Source: Patescibacteria group bacterium
GTDB lineage: Bacteria > Patescibacteriota > Patescibacteriia > SCPX01
Assembly (NCBI GenBank): GCA_004298615.1
Contig: SCPX01000056.1
Location: forward strand, 6,876-70,875
Length of the DNA: 64,000 nt
Direction: 5' to 3'
Shown here: positions 44,620 through 57,335 of the stretch, piece by piece
Numbering within the stretch: the first letter of the stretch is position 1
Layout of the letters: each line of letters opens with the position of its first letter
Notes under the pieces: model-generated
Told to the model about the DNA's origin: nothing
What the model saw: only the letters and a program-made list of their open reading frames with translations
Databases searched by the model: none
Translations under genes and position numbers: made by a program

Positions 44620-45954
44620 ATGAGTCATTCAGTATCGGGAGTTTCTCTGTTTTTGTTGCAAGCGCCGCTTTTAATCGGTTTACCATTTGCCATTTGGCGG
44701 TTCAAATTCGTCCAAAGGTTTATTCCTTTGGTAGTAATCCAGATAATGCTCGGCGTAGTTCTCGGTCCGTCAATATTAGGTCGAGTTTTTCCGGAAATGT
44801 TCAATACGCTATTTCCGCAAGCATCTCTGATGCCTATTAACGGCCTTTCTTGGATTGCCATAATCCTCTTCGGATTTCTTACCGGACTTCATTTTGATTA
44901 TCGCGATATCAAAGGCCGGGGCGCCTCATTTGCCATTACCAGTCTTTCCAGTATTTTAGTGCCTTTCGGCTTGGCTCTTTTGGCCGCCTGGCAGATTTGG
45001 AATTCTTATTCCAATGTTTTTGCCGGCAATAATGCCATTGCTTTCACATTTATTATCGCAATGGGAATTGCGGTCGGAGTGACAGCCTTACCGGTTCTGT
45101 CGGCGATATTGATAGAAATGCATTTGATTCAGCGGCCGCTGGGCAAAGCCGCTCTTGGTTTCGCCACTGTCAATGACGGAGTCCTCTGGATTCTGGTTTC
45201 AATTCTTTTGTCTCTGGCTTCGTCCGGAGCGAATATCAATGCGGCAACAGTCGCAAAAACCATAGGATTAACTCTATTGTTTCTCTCGATTATGGCGCTG
45301 GCAGTAAGGCTGTTTATTATGCGTTGCCTGAATGCGAAAATAATTTCTTCGCAAATCCATAATCAAGATTTGGTGGCGGTGCTTTGCCTGCTTTTCATTT
45401 CGGCTTTTATTACCGAATTGATCGGCGTTCATTTCCTATTGGGCGCTTTTACGGCCGGAGCCATAATTCCCAAGGAAATGTCCCACGGCATCCAGCACAA
45501 ACTTGAGCATTCAGTCTCAATAATCCTTTTACCGTTCTTTTTTATGTCCACGGGACTGCAAACTAAGTTTGACTTCGGCGCTTCGGAGATCTGGATTCTT
45601 TTTGCTCTTATGACCGCCGTATCAATTGTCGGCAAAGTGGCCGGGACTGCCATTCCTGAAAAACTAAGCGGCTCTTCGTGGGTCAGGTCTTTGGAACTCG
45701 GCGCGCTGATGCAGTGCAAGGGACTGATGGAGGTCGTCGTTCTTCAAATGATGCTTGCGGCGCAGATTATTACGCCGCAATGTTTCTCCGCCATGCTTTT
45801 TATGGCCATCACTACTACGGCTTTTACCAAGCCGGCCGTATTGATCGTGCGCAGATATTTCGGAACGCACAAACACCGCATTGAAGACGCCGAACCAATG
45901 ATAATGGACGCTCCGGAGCCGCCGCAATTAATGGAATTGGTAAAAAACGGATAG
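44620..45954 (+). CDS. Cation:proton antiporter, CPA2 family
   Basis: G..LGPS.LG, VTALPVL..IL.E, A.VND..W, LLP.FF..TGL, CKGL.E. Confidence 0.9.
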   Translation: MSHSVSGVSLFLLQAPLLIGLPFAIWRFKFVQRFIPLVVIQIMLGVVLGPSILGRVFPEMFNTLFPQASLMPINGLSWIAIILFGFLTGLHFDYRDIKGRGASFAITSLSSILVPFGLALLAAWQIWNSYSNVFAGNNAIAFTFIIAMGIAVGVTALPVLSAILIEMHLIQRPLGKAALGFATVNDGVLWILVSILLSLASSGANINAATVAKTIGLTLLFLSIMALAVRLFIMRCLNAKIISSQIHNQDLVAVLCLLFISAFITELIGVHFLLGAFTAGAIIPKEMSHGIQHKLEHSVSIILLPFFFMSTGLQTKFDFGASEIWILFALMTAVSIVGKVAGTAIPEKLSGSSWVRSLELGALMQCKGLMEVVVLQMMLAAQIITPQCFSAMLFMAITTTAFTKPAVLIVRRYFGTHKHRIEDAEPMIMDAPEPPQLMELVKNG

Positions 45955-45982
45955 ATTTTATTTAATCTTGCTTTTGTTCTTT

Positions 45983-46023
45983 AAAGTCCAAACTTTTTTA
46001 GTTAAAAGTTTGGACTTTTTTTT
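45983..46023 (+). terminator. Intrinsic terminator (possibly bidirectional)
   Basis: AAAGTCCAAACTTTT / AAAAGTTTGGACTTT plus T tract. Confidence 0.75.
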
Positions 46024-46183
46024 ATCCGTTTTCTCTTAAAATTATTCTAAACCATTGCAATTTAATGAAAATTCGGCTATACTGTTTATGTTTTTAAGGA
46101 GATTATTATTTTTTTAAGTGCGGATCAATGAGTTTTGATGGTATATTCATCAAGATTTGTTGACGCGCATTTGTCTCTTCTCT

Positions 46184-48328
46184 ATGCATGAGAGCTCGTT
46201 TTTTCTCGTCGTTTTGGCGGTTTCGTTCCTTTTATTTTTAGCCGCTTATGTGGCGGTTTATGTAAAGCAGATCCGTTTGCCTTATACCGTGGCGTTGACG
46301 GTCTTTGGAATAATTTTAAGCATTTTATCCCGTTTTGCGCCGTTTGATTTTTTAAATGTATTGGAACTTTCGCCCGATCTGGTATTTTATTTATTTTTGC
46401 CAATGCTTATTTTTGAAGGCGCGTACAATATGAAATTTTTGGAGTTGCGCGCGAATTTTAAAACGATTTCGGCTCTTGCGATCGGCAGTTTATTGGTCTC
46501 CGCTTTTTTCATCGGCTGGGCTTTATTTCAAGTTTTCAAAATGATCGGATTGGAAATTCCTTTTATCACTCTTTTACTTTTCGGGGCGCTTATTTCAGCC
46601 ACCGACCCGATCGCCGCTCTGGCGATTTTCAAAGAATTGGGCGTACCCAAAAGATTGCGACTGCTTTTGGAAGGGGAGAGTGTGGCCAATGACGGGACGG
46701 CTCTAGTGCTTTTTCAGGTGGTCTTAGGCATTGCCTCGGGCGGGGCATTGACCGCCTGGAAGCTGGCGGAAAGTTTTGGCAATTTTTGGTTTTTGGTCGG
46801 CGGAGGAATTATTTTCGGAAGCGTTTTAGGGATTATTTTTTCAAAATTGATAGAGCGGATAAGAAATTTAGCCGTTGTGGAAATTACTTTAACATTGGTT
46901 CTCGCCCATACGGCTTTTATTTTTGCGGAAAAATTTCTTCATGTTTCGGGAATTATCGCCACGGCAAGCGCAGCTATGCTGATAGGAAATTACGGCCGGT
47001 ATAAAATTTCTCCGGAAGTGCGGAGCTTTATGGAACATTTTTGGGAGTATATGGCTTTTGTAGCCAACTCCCTTATTTTTTTGCTAATCGGGCTTTCCAT
47101 CCGTGAAGCGCGTTTTGGAAATTACATCTGGCCGATCATAATAGCTTTGGCGGTCGTATTTATCGCACGATTCGTTTCCGTTTACGCGGTAATCCCGTTT
47201 ACCAACAAATTAGCCAAGGAAGAAAAAACGCCTTTTTCCTGGCAATTTATCCTGTCTTGGGGCGGATTGCGCGGCGCTTTGCCTATGGCCATCGTGCTTA
47301 TCTTGCCGGCCGACTCGCCGTTTTTACCGGCCGAACATCGGGAGTTACTTTTAGTTTTGACGGTTTCCGTGATTTATTTTACTCTGCTTTTTCAAGCGCC
47401 GACTTTGACGAAATTTTTAAATAGATTTAGGTTGACGGTCTTGACTCCGGTCCAGCAATTGGAACAGGAAGAAGGATTTTTACTTATGGACTCGGCCATT
47501 TTGAAAAAGCTTGACGAAATGAAAGCGAGCGGGAAATTACCGGCAAGCACTCATGAGCGTCTGCGCGAGCTTTACGCCGGACTTCATAAAGATGCCGAAC
47601 AAAGATTGCGGACGCTGTTAAAAGACCGAGGCGAGATTTTATCGCACGAAGAAATGCTTTTTATATTGCGCAAGCATTTGCTGGGAATTGAGCGGCAAGC
47701 GTACATCCGTCTTTTTGACAAGCACGAGATTTCCGAAAGAATGCTGGTGGTTTTAAAAGATAAAATAGACAGGCAGATTGACCGCTTGGAAAGACGAGTG
47801 CCGCAAGCGGCCGCGGTGGGCAAAGGCAGCCGTCTGGCTTTTTGGGAATTGGAACAGAAAATTTATAAATTTATTGATAAAATCAATATCGCCTTTGTGA
47901 AAAATTGGTCTAAAAACCGAAAGCTTGATTTTGAAATTGAAGTTTATCAGAAATACCGCGCCAGAAAAATTGCCGTTGAAAAAGCGATGAAAGAGCTTGA
48001 CAATATCACGGCGACGCGCGTTTTTATCGACCAGGCGGTCATTGATGCCGTAAGGAAACAATACGATTATTGGTTTGAAAATTCTCTAAAAAGATTGGAT
48101 GAAATGGAAAAGAAAAATCCCATCCTCATTGAATCAATCAGATTCGTGATCGGGAATACCGTATCTATAGCCCTTGAGCAAAAAATACTCCGCGAATTGC
48201 TGCAAAAAGGAATTTTGGCGGAAAACGCTTATGCCGAAGTAAACGATTATCTTCACGGCCTGATTGTTGAAAAACATGATGTTAAGAAAATGTATTTTAA
48301 GGAATTAAAAGAAAGAGGAATGGCTTAA
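46184..48328 (+). CDS. Na+/H+ antiporter, CPA1 (NhaP-like), with long cytoplasmic tail
   Basis: FLP.LIFE, SATDP.A, GES..ND, WGGLRG. Confidence 0.92.
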   Translation: MHESSFFLVVLAVSFLLFLAAYVAVYVKQIRLPYTVALTVFGIILSILSRFAPFDFLNVLELSPDLVFYLFLPMLIFEGAYNMKFLELRANFKTISALAIGSLLVSAFFIGWALFQVFKMIGLEIPFITLLLFGALISATDPIAALAIFKELGVPKRLRLLLEGESVANDGTALVLFQVVLGIASGGALTAWKLAESFGNFWFLVGGGIIFGSVLGIIFSKLIERIRNLAVVEITLTLVLAHTAFIFAEKFLHVSGIIATASAAMLIGNYGRYKISPEVRSFMEHFWEYMAFVANSLIFLLIGLSIREARFGNYIWPIIIALAVVFIARFVSVYAVIPFTNKLAKEEKTPFSWQFILSWGGLRGALPMAIVLILPADSPFLPAEHRELLLVLTVSVIYFTLLFQAPTLTKFLNRFRLTVLTPVQQLEQEEGFLLMDSAILKKLDEMKASGKLPASTHERLRELYAGLHKDAEQRLRTLLKDRGEILSHEEMLFILRKHLLGIERQAYIRLFDKHEISERMLVVLKDKIDRQIDRLERRVPQAAAVGKGSRLAFWELEQKIYKFIDKINIAFVKNWSKNRKLDFEIEVYQKYRARKIAVEKAMKELDNITATRVFIDQAVIDAVRKQYDYWFENSLKRLDEMEKKNPILIESIRFVIGNTVSIALEQKILRELLQKGILAENAYAEVNDYLHGLIVEKHDVKKMYFKELKERGMA

Positions 48329-48435
48329 GATAGCGCATAATTTGCTAACCTTAGCCAAAATACCGCAAAAGTCTTGCCAAAAACTAATTTTTGGTTTATA
48401 ATGAGCCAATTTGGTTAAAATTAATTCAAATAAAA

Positions 48436-49254
48436 ATGGCTAAAGAATTGGAAATTTCAATCGCGGCCGAACCGATTTTTCATATTGGATCTTTTGCCGT
48501 CACAAACTCGCTATTGAATTCTTGGGTCGCGGTTGTAATAATCGTAATATTATCAATGTTGATAAGGCGAAAAATAACCCGCGTGCCAAGAGGATTGCAA
48601 AATGTTGTTGAAATGATTTTTGAACAAGCTTTGACCTTGGCCGATTCCATCACCGGTTCGCGTGAAAAATCAATGAAATTTTTACCCATAGTTCTCCCGC
48701 TTTTTACTTTTATATTGATAAATAATTGGCTGGGAATCCTGCCGGGCATCGGTTCCATAGGATTTTTTGAAGGAGAAGGGGATCATAAACTGTTTGTTCC
48801 GTTTTTTCGCGGCGCGACCGCCGATTTGAATACCACTTTGGCTCTAGCCGTTGTGACCATAATTTTGACGCACATATTCGGAGTGATAATGACCGGCGCT
48901 TGGAGCCATTTTAATAAATTTATAAGAATCAATCTTTTTCTGGAATTGCCCAGAAAAGTTTTTAAAGAAAAAGAATACTCGGCTCTGCTCACCAATCCGA
49001 TTCAATTTTTCGTCGGTTTGATTGAAATAGTCGGAGAGTTGGCAAAAGTGGCATCGTTGTCTTTCCGGTTGTTCGGCAATATTTTCGCCGGCGAAGTGCT
49101 GATGGGAGCGATTGCTTTGATTTTCGCCTACGCTTTGCCCATACCGTTTATGTTTTTGGAAATGATCGTGGGAATTGTGCAGGCGCTGATTTTCTCAATT
49201 CTGGCATTGGTTTTTATGAGCATTATGTCAACGGATCATGCGCACGAACATTAA
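48436..49254 (+). CDS. atpB: FoF1 ATP synthase subunit a
   Basis: ADLNTT, SLSFRLFGNIFAGE, VQALIF. Confidence 0.95.
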   Translation: MAKELEISIAAEPIFHIGSFAVTNSLLNSWVAVVIIVILSMLIRRKITRVPRGLQNVVEMIFEQALTLADSITGSREKSMKFLPIVLPLFTFILINNWLGILPGIGSIGFFEGEGDHKLFVPFFRGATADLNTTLALAVVTIILTHIFGVIMTGAWSHFNKFIRINLFLELPRKVFKEKEYSALLTNPIQFFVGLIEIVGELAKVASLSFRLFGNIFAGEVLMGAIALIFAYALPIPFMFLEMIVGIVQALIFSILALVFMSIMSTDHAHEH

Positions 49255-49323
49255 TTTATGTTTATTATTAAAAATTATTAATTAATAATGCGATCTTCTT
49301 GAAAAAGAAAGAATCGCGCATAA

Positions 49324-49545
<222 letters not shown>

Positions 49546-49557
49546 TTAAAAAATACC

Positions 49558-50061
49558 ATGGAATCAATCATTGAAACATTTCATCTTGATTGGAAATTAT
49601 TTTTAGCCCAAGCGGTGAATTTCACCATTGTGGCGGTGGTTTTGTGGCGCTTTGCTTTCAAGCCGTTGGCGAAAAATCTGTCCGAACGGACCAAAACCAT
49701 TGAAAAAAGCCTGAAGCAAGCCAAGGAAATCGCGGAACAAAGAGAAGAGATGCTGAAATTGCGCGAACAGGCCGTGCTGGAAGCGCAGATTGAAGCCAAA
49801 AAAGTGATTGATGAGACCAGCAATAAGATGAAAGAATACGAAGAACAGATGCGGATTAAAACGCAAAATCAAGCGGAAGTTATTTTAACCAAAGCCAAGT
49901 CCGATATTCAGGAAGAGAAAGGAAAAATGTTGAGCGAGGTCAGACAAGAAGCGGCCGATTTGGTGGTAATGGCTTTGGAAAAAGTTTTGCAGGAAAAAGT
50001 CACGGCCGATTTGGATAAAAAATTGGCGGAAAAAGCGGTTAATAGCATTGCGACGAATTAA
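49558..50061 (+). CDS. atpF: ATP synthase subunit b
   Basis: Q.VNF......F.FKP...L.ER...I; coiled coil. Confidence 0.93.
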   Translation: MESIIETFHLDWKLFLAQAVNFTIVAVVLWRFAFKPLAKNLSERTKTIEKSLKQAKEIAEQREEMLKLREQAVLEAQIEAKKVIDETSNKMKEYEEQMRIKTQNQAEVILTKAKSDIQEEKGKMLSEVRQEAADLVVMALEKVLQEKVTADLDKKLAEKAVNSIATN

Positions 50062-50066
50062 TTATT

Positions 50067-50456
50067 ATGAAAAAAATAAATGCAAAACATTACGCTCAAG
50101 CGCTTTCCAGAATTTCCGGCGCTCCGGATTTAAGCGTTGTTTTGGATAATTTTTTTAACTTGGTTCGGAAAAACGGCCAATTGTCCGGATTGGGAGAAAT
50201 ATTAAGCGAATACGAACGCATAGCGCTGGAAAAAAAAGAAGGTATTGCCGCGGATTTGTCAGTGGCTGCTTCGGAGAATAAGACAATAATCACGGAGATG
50301 ATTAAACGGATAAAAATTCCCGGCATTGAAAAATTTAAAATTACCGCCAGAGACGACAAAGATCTTTTAGGCGGATTTAAATTACGCGTCAGGGATATTT
50401 TGATAGACGCCGGCTTAAAGAAAAAAATTACTGACCTTAAGAAATCATTTAATTAG
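50067..50456 (+). CDS. atpH: ATP synthase subunit delta (short form)
   Basis: YA.AL, D..LLGG...V.D..ID; operon position. Confidence 0.85.
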   Translation: MKKINAKHYAQALSRISGAPDLSVVLDNFFNLVRKNGQLSGLGEILSEYERIALEKKEGIAADLSVAASENKTIITEMIKRIKIPGIEKFKITARDDKDLLGGFKLRVRDILIDAGLKKKITDLKKSFN

Positions 50457-50457
50457 T

Positions 50458-51975
50458 ATGCCCAATGACGAACGGATTATCCGGTATTTACAAGAAAAAA
50501 TCAATCAATTCGCGCCTAAAACTGAAATTGAGCGCGTAGGCACCGTGACCGAAGTGGCTGACGGCGTGGCAAGAATAGACGGACTATCTAACGCGGCGGC
50601 CAGTGAAATGCTTGAATTTATCACCAAAGACAACGAAGTTATAAATGGAATGGTTTTGAACCTGGAAGAAGATTCGGTCGGCGCCATGATTCTCGGAGAT
50701 TACGCCAAAATAAAAGAAGGCGATACGGTCAAATCAACCGGCCGGATTTTATCAATTCCGGTGGGCGATGAATTGCTTTCACGGGTGATTGATCCTTTGT
50801 GCAATCCCGTGGACGGCCGGGGACAGATAGAATCGTCAAAATACTATCCGGTTGAGAAAAAAGCGCCCGGGGTGATTGAGCGCGAATCCGTGAAAAGCCC
50901 GCTCCAGACCGGCATCAAGGCCGTTGATACGATGATTCCGATCGGCCGGGGGCAGCGGGAATTGATTATTGGCGACAGGCAGACCGGAAAATCCCAAATC
51001 GCCATTGATACGATTATTAATCAAAAAGGGCAAAATACGATTTGCATTTATGTGGCGATCGGGCAAAAAGAATCAAAAATCGCGCGCATCGCGGCCAGAT
51101 TGGAAGAAGCGGGAGCTATGGATTACACGATTGTGGTGGTGGCGGGCGCGTCTGATCCGGCGCCGCTTTCTTTTCTCGCGCCGTATTCCGGCTGCGCCAT
51201 TGGAGAATATTTTATGGATCAGGGAAAAGATGTTTTGATCGTGTATGACGATCTTTCCAAACACGCGACAAGCTACCGGCAGGTATCTCTGATTTTGCGA
51301 CGGCCCCCCGGCAGGGAAGCATACCCGGGCGATGTTTTTTATCTGCACTCCAGGCTTTTGGAAAGGTCTTGCAAATTATCCAAAGAATTGGGCGGGGGGA
51401 GTATCACCGCTTTGCCGATTATTGAAACGCAAGCCGGCGATGTATCCGCTTATATTCCGACCAATGTTATTTCCATAACGGACGGCCAGATATATCTTGA
51501 AGGCGACCTTTTTTATCAAGGAGTGCGGCCGGCCGTCAATGTGGGTCTTTCCGTTTCCCGCGTGGGATCGGCGGCGCAGACCAAAGCAATGAAAAAAGTG
51601 GCCGGAAAAATCCGCTTGGAATTGGCGCAATATCGGGAATTGGCGGCGTTCGCGCAATTTGCGTCCGATCTTGACGAGACGACCAAGAAACAAATTGAGC
51701 GGGGAAAAAGATTGGTGGAAGTATTGAAGCAAGACCAATTCAGTCCGATGTCAATGGAGCATCAGGTAGCCATAATTTACGCGGCTATAAACAGTTATAT
51801 TGATGATGTGGCGGTTGAGAAAGTGAAGGACTTTGAAAATCAGTTTCATTCTTATCTTGACGCGAGTTTCGGAGGCTTGATGAAAAAACTGGGAGAACAA
51901 AAAGAGCTTACACCGGAAATTGAAAAGGAATTAAAAAAAGCGATAGAGGTTTTTAAAAAAGTTTATGGCCAGTAA
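50458..51975 (+). CDS. atpA: ATP synthase subunit alpha
   Basis: [37 protein letters not shown]. Confidence 0.98.
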   Translation: MPNDERIIRYLQEKINQFAPKTEIERVGTVTEVADGVARIDGLSNAAASEMLEFITKDNEVINGMVLNLEEDSVGAMILGDYAKIKEGDTVKSTGRILSIPVGDELLSRVIDPLCNPVDGRGQIESSKYYPVEKKAPGVIERESVKSPLQTGIKAVDTMIPIGRGQRELIIGDRQTGKSQIAIDTIINQKGQNTICIYVAIGQKESKIARIAARLEEAGAMDYTIVVVAGASDPAPLSFLAPYSGCAIGEYFMDQGKDVLIVYDDLSKHATSYRQVSLILRRPPGREAYPGDVFYLHSRLLERSCKLSKELGGGSITALPIIETQAGDVSAYIPTNVISITDGQIYLEGDLFYQGVRPAVNVGLSVSRVGSAAQTKAMKKVAGKIRLELAQYRELAAFAQFASDLDETTKKQIERGKRLVEVLKQDQFSPMSMEHQVAIIYAAINSYIDDVAVEKVKDFENQFHSYLDASFGGLMKKLGEQKELTPEIEKELKKAIEVFKKVYGQ

Positions 51976-52861
51976 TACGCGCCAAATCAGAAGGCAAATC
52001 AAATCCATTAAAAATACGGCGAAAATTACGCGCGCGATGGAAATGATTTCAGCCGTTAAGCTGCAAAAAACTCAAGCGCAGGCTTTGGCTTCACGCGCTT
52101 ATTCGCTTGCCGCCAAAGAAATTCTGGAAAAGCTCACTCTGGGCATTGAAACAAGCGAGCATCCTTTTTTCATCGAGCGGCCGATAGAGCGAATCGGCAT
52201 TATCGTAATGTCGTCCAATCGCGGATTGTGCGGAAGCCTGAACGGCAATATTTTGAAAACCGTTTTGGATTATGAAAAAAATATTTTAGTGAATTTTCCC
52301 GGCGCTGAAATTTCTTACATTACAATGGGAAAAAAAATTCGCGACAGCCTGGCCAGGCTTGGAAAAAATATTTTAGCCGATTTTCCCAAACCGGACATCG
52401 CTTTGAATAGTTTGCCGGCCGTCCCATTGGCGAATTTGGCGGTTGAGGAATTTTCCAAGAAAAATCTGGATCGCGTGGTTATGATTTTTCCCGAATCAGT
52501 TTCAATCGTTAATCAAAAACCGATCGTTTTGCAGCTTTTGCCTCTGGCGTATGAATTTGCCGAAGAAGCGGCCGAAAAAGAAGCTGAAAAAAAACGCCGC
52601 ATTTCTTATATTTTTGAGCCGACCAAAGAGGAGATTTTGGGGCAAGCGCTCGTGAGACTTTTAGAAACGCGGGTTTTTCAATCGCTTTTGGAAGCCAATG
52701 CCGCGGAGCACGCGGCCAGAATGGTGGCTATGAAAAACGCGACCGACAGCGCCAAGGATTTGGTTGACGATCTGACGCTTTTTTACAACCGCACCCGCCA
52801 AGCCGCGATCACTCAAGAAGTATCGGAAATCACTTCGGGACGGTTGGCGCTTGAAAATTAA
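51965..52861 (+). CDS. atpG: ATP synthase subunit gamma
   Basis: [28 protein letters not shown]. Confidence 0.97.
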   Translation: MASNTRQIRRQIKSIKNTAKITRAMEMISAVKLQKTQAQALASRAYSLAAKEILEKLTLGIETSEHPFFIERPIERIGIIVMSSNRGLCGSLNGNILKTVLDYEKNILVNFPGAEISYITMGKKIRDSLARLGKNILADFPKPDIALNSLPAVPLANLAVEEFSKKNLDRVVMIFPESVSIVNQKPIVLQLLPLAYEFAEEAAEKEAEKKRRISYIFEPTKEEILGQALVRLLETRVFQSLLEANAAEHAARMVAMKNATDSAKDLVDDLTLFYNRTRQAAITQEVSEITSGRLALEN

Positions 52862-52892
52862 ATATGATTTATATTTAAATACTTAATACTAA

Positions 52893-54293
<1,401 letters not shown>

Positions 54294-54302
54294 AGTGGTA
54301 AT

Positions 54303-54725
54303 ATGTCAAAGAAGATCCATTTTCAAATAGTCACGCCGGAAAAAGTCGCGTATAAGGATGATGTTGATTCTATTACTTTGTCTACGCAAATAGGAGAAAT
54401 TACCGTTTTGCCGGATCACGCGCCTTTGATTTCATCTTTAAAATCAGGCGAGGCGATTATCAAAAAAGACGGAGAGGAATTAAGCATTGCCGTTTCCGGA
54501 GGATTTCTTCAAATCCAGCCGAAAAATAGAGCGGTGGTATTGGCGGATGCGGCCGAGCGGGCCGAAGAAATTTCCGAAGAGCGGGCCGAGGAAGCGAGGA
54601 AGCGGGCCGAAGAAATTTTAAAAGAAAAAAGATTGGATAAGGCCGAAATGGCCACGGCCGCCGCCGCTTTGGAAAAATCGTTAATACGATTAAAAGTCGC
54701 GCGGAGGCGGACCGGAAGACGCTAA
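54303..54725 (+). CDS. atpC: ATP synthase subunit epsilon
   Basis: IVTPE, GEI.VLP.H.P, VSGGF. Confidence 0.96.
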   Translation: MSKKIHFQIVTPEKVAYKDDVDSITLSTQIGEITVLPDHAPLISSLKSGEAIIKKDGEELSIAVSGGFLQIQPKNRAVVLADAAERAEEISEERAEEARKRAEEILKEKRLDKAEMATAAAALEKSLIRLKVARRRTGRR

Positions 54726-54728
54726 AAT

Positions 54729-55268
54729 ATGTTCAGACTTTTTTATAAAATTTTTACCACGCCAAAAACCGTCATAAGCGCTGATGATTTGAATTGCGAG
54801 CAGGCGGAAGTGAATGCTATCGGCGCGAAGATTCAAGAAAAAGTGAAAAAGCTTTTTCGGGGATCTCTGGCTATAAGAATGGTGGATGCCGGATCAACCA
54901 ACGCGGCCGAGTATGAATTGACGGCTTTGTCCAACGCTTTTTACGATGCGGACAGATTCGGAATTCATTTTGTGGCCTCGCCGAAGCACGCGGATATGCT
55001 TATAGTCACCGGGCCGGTGACGAGAAATATGAAAAACGCCTTGATCAAGGCCTACGAGGCAACTCCTGATCCAAAAATCGTCGTGGCGCTGGGAGACGAT
55101 GCCATAGACGGCGGAATTTTCAAAGGATCTTACGCGACTTATGACGGAGTGAAAAAAGTAATACCGGTTGATTATGAAATTCCCGGCGATCCGCCCAGTC
55201 CCAAAACAATCCTTTGCCATTTATTGAAAATCATCGGAACAATTGAAGCTAAACGGGCAGGAGGATAA
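54729..55268 (+). CDS. Ehr complex small subunit (NuoB/HyfI-like) lacking Fe-S cysteines
   Basis: SLAIR.VDAGS, RFGIHFVASP.HAD, TGPVT, P.PK.VVA.G, IPG.PP.P; Cys positions read T/A/D/D. Confidence 0.85.
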   Translation: MFRLFYKIFTTPKTVISADDLNCEQAEVNAIGAKIQEKVKKLFRGSLAIRMVDAGSTNAAEYELTALSNAFYDADRFGIHFVASPKHADMLIVTGPVTRNMKNALIKAYEATPDPKIVVALGDDAIDGGIFKGSYATYDGVKKVIPVDYEIPGDPPSPKTILCHLLKIIGTIEAKRAGG

Positions 55269-55280
55269 AACTAATTGGAT

Positions 55281-57326
55281 ATGCAAGAATTAATATTGTC
55301 TCAAACTGTTTTTTTCGCCGTATTGGCGTTGTTTGGCTTGGGAGCGATATCCTCTTTATTTTTCAGAAAAGATGATAAGTTGGCGAATTTAGCCGGAAGT
55401 TTTTTCGCCATTTTAGGATCGCTTTTAGGAATTGTTTACGCGGTTGCCGCCCTGTATTCCGATACATCGATTTTTTATGAGATGAAATCATCTTTTCCCT
55501 TGTTGTCATATAATTTCAATATAGATCGGCTCGCCGCGTTTTTTATTTTCATAATTTCCTTGATCTCGCTTTTTTGTTCAATTTATGGCGCAGGTTACAT
55601 AAAACATTTTTACGGAAAATACAATATCGGCACGCTTGGATTTTTTTACAATCTTTTTATCGCGGGAATGCTTTTGGTCGTCTCTTCCTCTAATATTTTA
55701 TTTTTCCTCATTGCCTGGGAAATAATGTCTTTGGCGTCTTATTTTCTGGTTATTTACGAACGGGACAAGCAGGAAAATATAAAAGCCGGATTTCTGTATT
55801 TTGTAATGACGCATATTGGCACCGCTTTTATAATTTTGGCGCTTTTATTGCTGTATAAGTTCGCCGGATCTTTTGATTTTTTGGCGATAAAAGAAGCCGT
55901 CGGGAGTATTCCGCCGCTTGCGAAAGACGCGATTTTTATTCTCGCTTTTATCGGTTTCGGCACAAAAGCGGGAATTATCCCAATGCATATCTGGCTGCCC
56001 GCCGCTCATCCGGCCGCGCCGTCCCATGTTTCCGCCTTGATGTCCGGCGTGATGATCAAGACCGGAATTTATATGATGATTCGTATATTTTTTGATATTC
56101 TGCCAAATGCTCCGGTTTGGTGGGGAACGGTGATTTTAATTTGCGGCGCCACTTCGGCTCTTTTAGGAGTTTTGTACGCGCTTACCGAGCATGACATCAA
56201 AAGACTTTTGGCTTATCACAGCATAGAAAATATCGGCATAATTCTTTTGGGTCTGGGCTCTGCTCTGGTTTTTGCAGCACTTAATATGAAATCGTTTGCG
56301 GCACTGGCTCTTATTGCTTCTCTTTTTCATATTTTAAACCACGCTGTTTTTAAGTCGCTTTTATTTTTGGGCGCCGGATCAGTGATTTCAAAAACTCATA
56401 CGAGAAATATTGAAGAATACGGCGGACTCATCAAACATATGCCGCAGACTGCGCTGTTTTTTCTGGCCGGATCAATGGCTATCTCCGCTCTTCCGCCTTT
56501 CAACGGTTTTTTCAGCGAATGGCTGACATTTCAAGCGCTGTTTGAAGGAATAAAATCAATGAGCTCGTTTTATCGCTGGATTTTTGTTTTTTCAGCCGGA
56601 TCTTTGGTCCTGACAAGCGGTTTGGCGCTGGCTTGTTTTGTTAAGGCCTTTGGTCTGACATTTTTGGCCCGACCGAGAAGCGAGGCAGTAAAGCACGCCA
56701 AAGAATCCTCATTTTCTTTGAGGCTCGGAATGGCGACTTTGGCGGTTTTATGTTTGCTTCTTGGCTTGTTATCAGGATTTTTATTCGCGATTTTTAATAA
56801 GATATTGCAAGGCATAAAATCTTTCGGCGATTATGATCCGGCGCTGGTTGTTTCGCAAAATCATCTCATCAGCGTCAACGGCGGATTTTCCTCAATTTCC
56901 GCTCCGGCGATTTTTGCCGTATTGATTTTGGCCGGTATTGCCGCGTTCGCGATAATCCGCTTAATTTCAAAAGATCAAAAAGTAAAAATCGGCGCCACTT
57001 GGGATTGCGGGACAAATCTCGGTCCCAGAATGGAAATCACTTCCACCGGATTTTCCCGGACGATTATTATGATTTTTAAAGGAATATTAAAGCCGAGCAA
57101 ACAAGCGGGGATTGAATATTCTGACGCCAATATGAGATATTTCCCAAAATCAAGAACTATGGTTTTTGAGATAAGTGATGTTTACAAAAAATATTTTTAC
57201 AAGCCGCTTTATAGTTTTGTTTTTAAAATTTCCGCGCGAGTCAAAAAAATACAAAGCGGCAATGTCAATGCCTATGTTTTATACATCTTTATGGCTTTGA
57301 TATTATTGCTGTTTTTCGCGGTTTAA
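55281..57326 (+). CDS. hyfB: Ehr/Hyf antiporter-like membrane subunit (HyfB-like)
   Basis: WE.MSL.S, K.G..P.H.WLP.AHP.APS.VSA, KRLLAYHSIENIG, W.CG. Confidence 0.9.
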   Translation: MQELILSQTVFFAVLALFGLGAISSLFFRKDDKLANLAGSFFAILGSLLGIVYAVAALYSDTSIFYEMKSSFPLLSYNFNIDRLAAFFIFIISLISLFCSIYGAGYIKHFYGKYNIGTLGFFYNLFIAGMLLVVSSSNILFFLIAWEIMSLASYFLVIYERDKQENIKAGFLYFVMTHIGTAFIILALLLLYKFAGSFDFLAIKEAVGSIPPLAKDAIFILAFIGFGTKAGIIPMHIWLPAAHPAAPSHVSALMSGVMIKTGIYMMIRIFFDILPNAPVWWGTVILICGATSALLGVLYALTEHDIKRLLAYHSIENIGIILLGLGSALVFAALNMKSFAALALIASLFHILNHAVFKSLLFLGAGSVISKTHTRNIEEYGGLIKHMPQTALFFLAGSMAISALPPFNGFFSEWLTFQALFEGIKSMSSFYRWIFVFSAGSLVLTSGLALACFVKAFGLTFLARPRSEAVKHAKESSFSLRLGMATLAVLCLLLGLLSGFLFAIFNKILQGIKSFGDYDPALVVSQNHLISVNGGFSSISAPAIFAVLILAGIAAFAIIRLISKDQKVKIGATWDCGTNLGPRMEITSTGFSRTIIMIFKGILKPSKQAGIEYSDANMRYFPKSRTMVFEISDVYKKYFYKPLYSFVFKISARVKKIQSGNVNAYVLYIFMALILLLFFAV

Positions 57327-57335
57327 TGGAATAAT

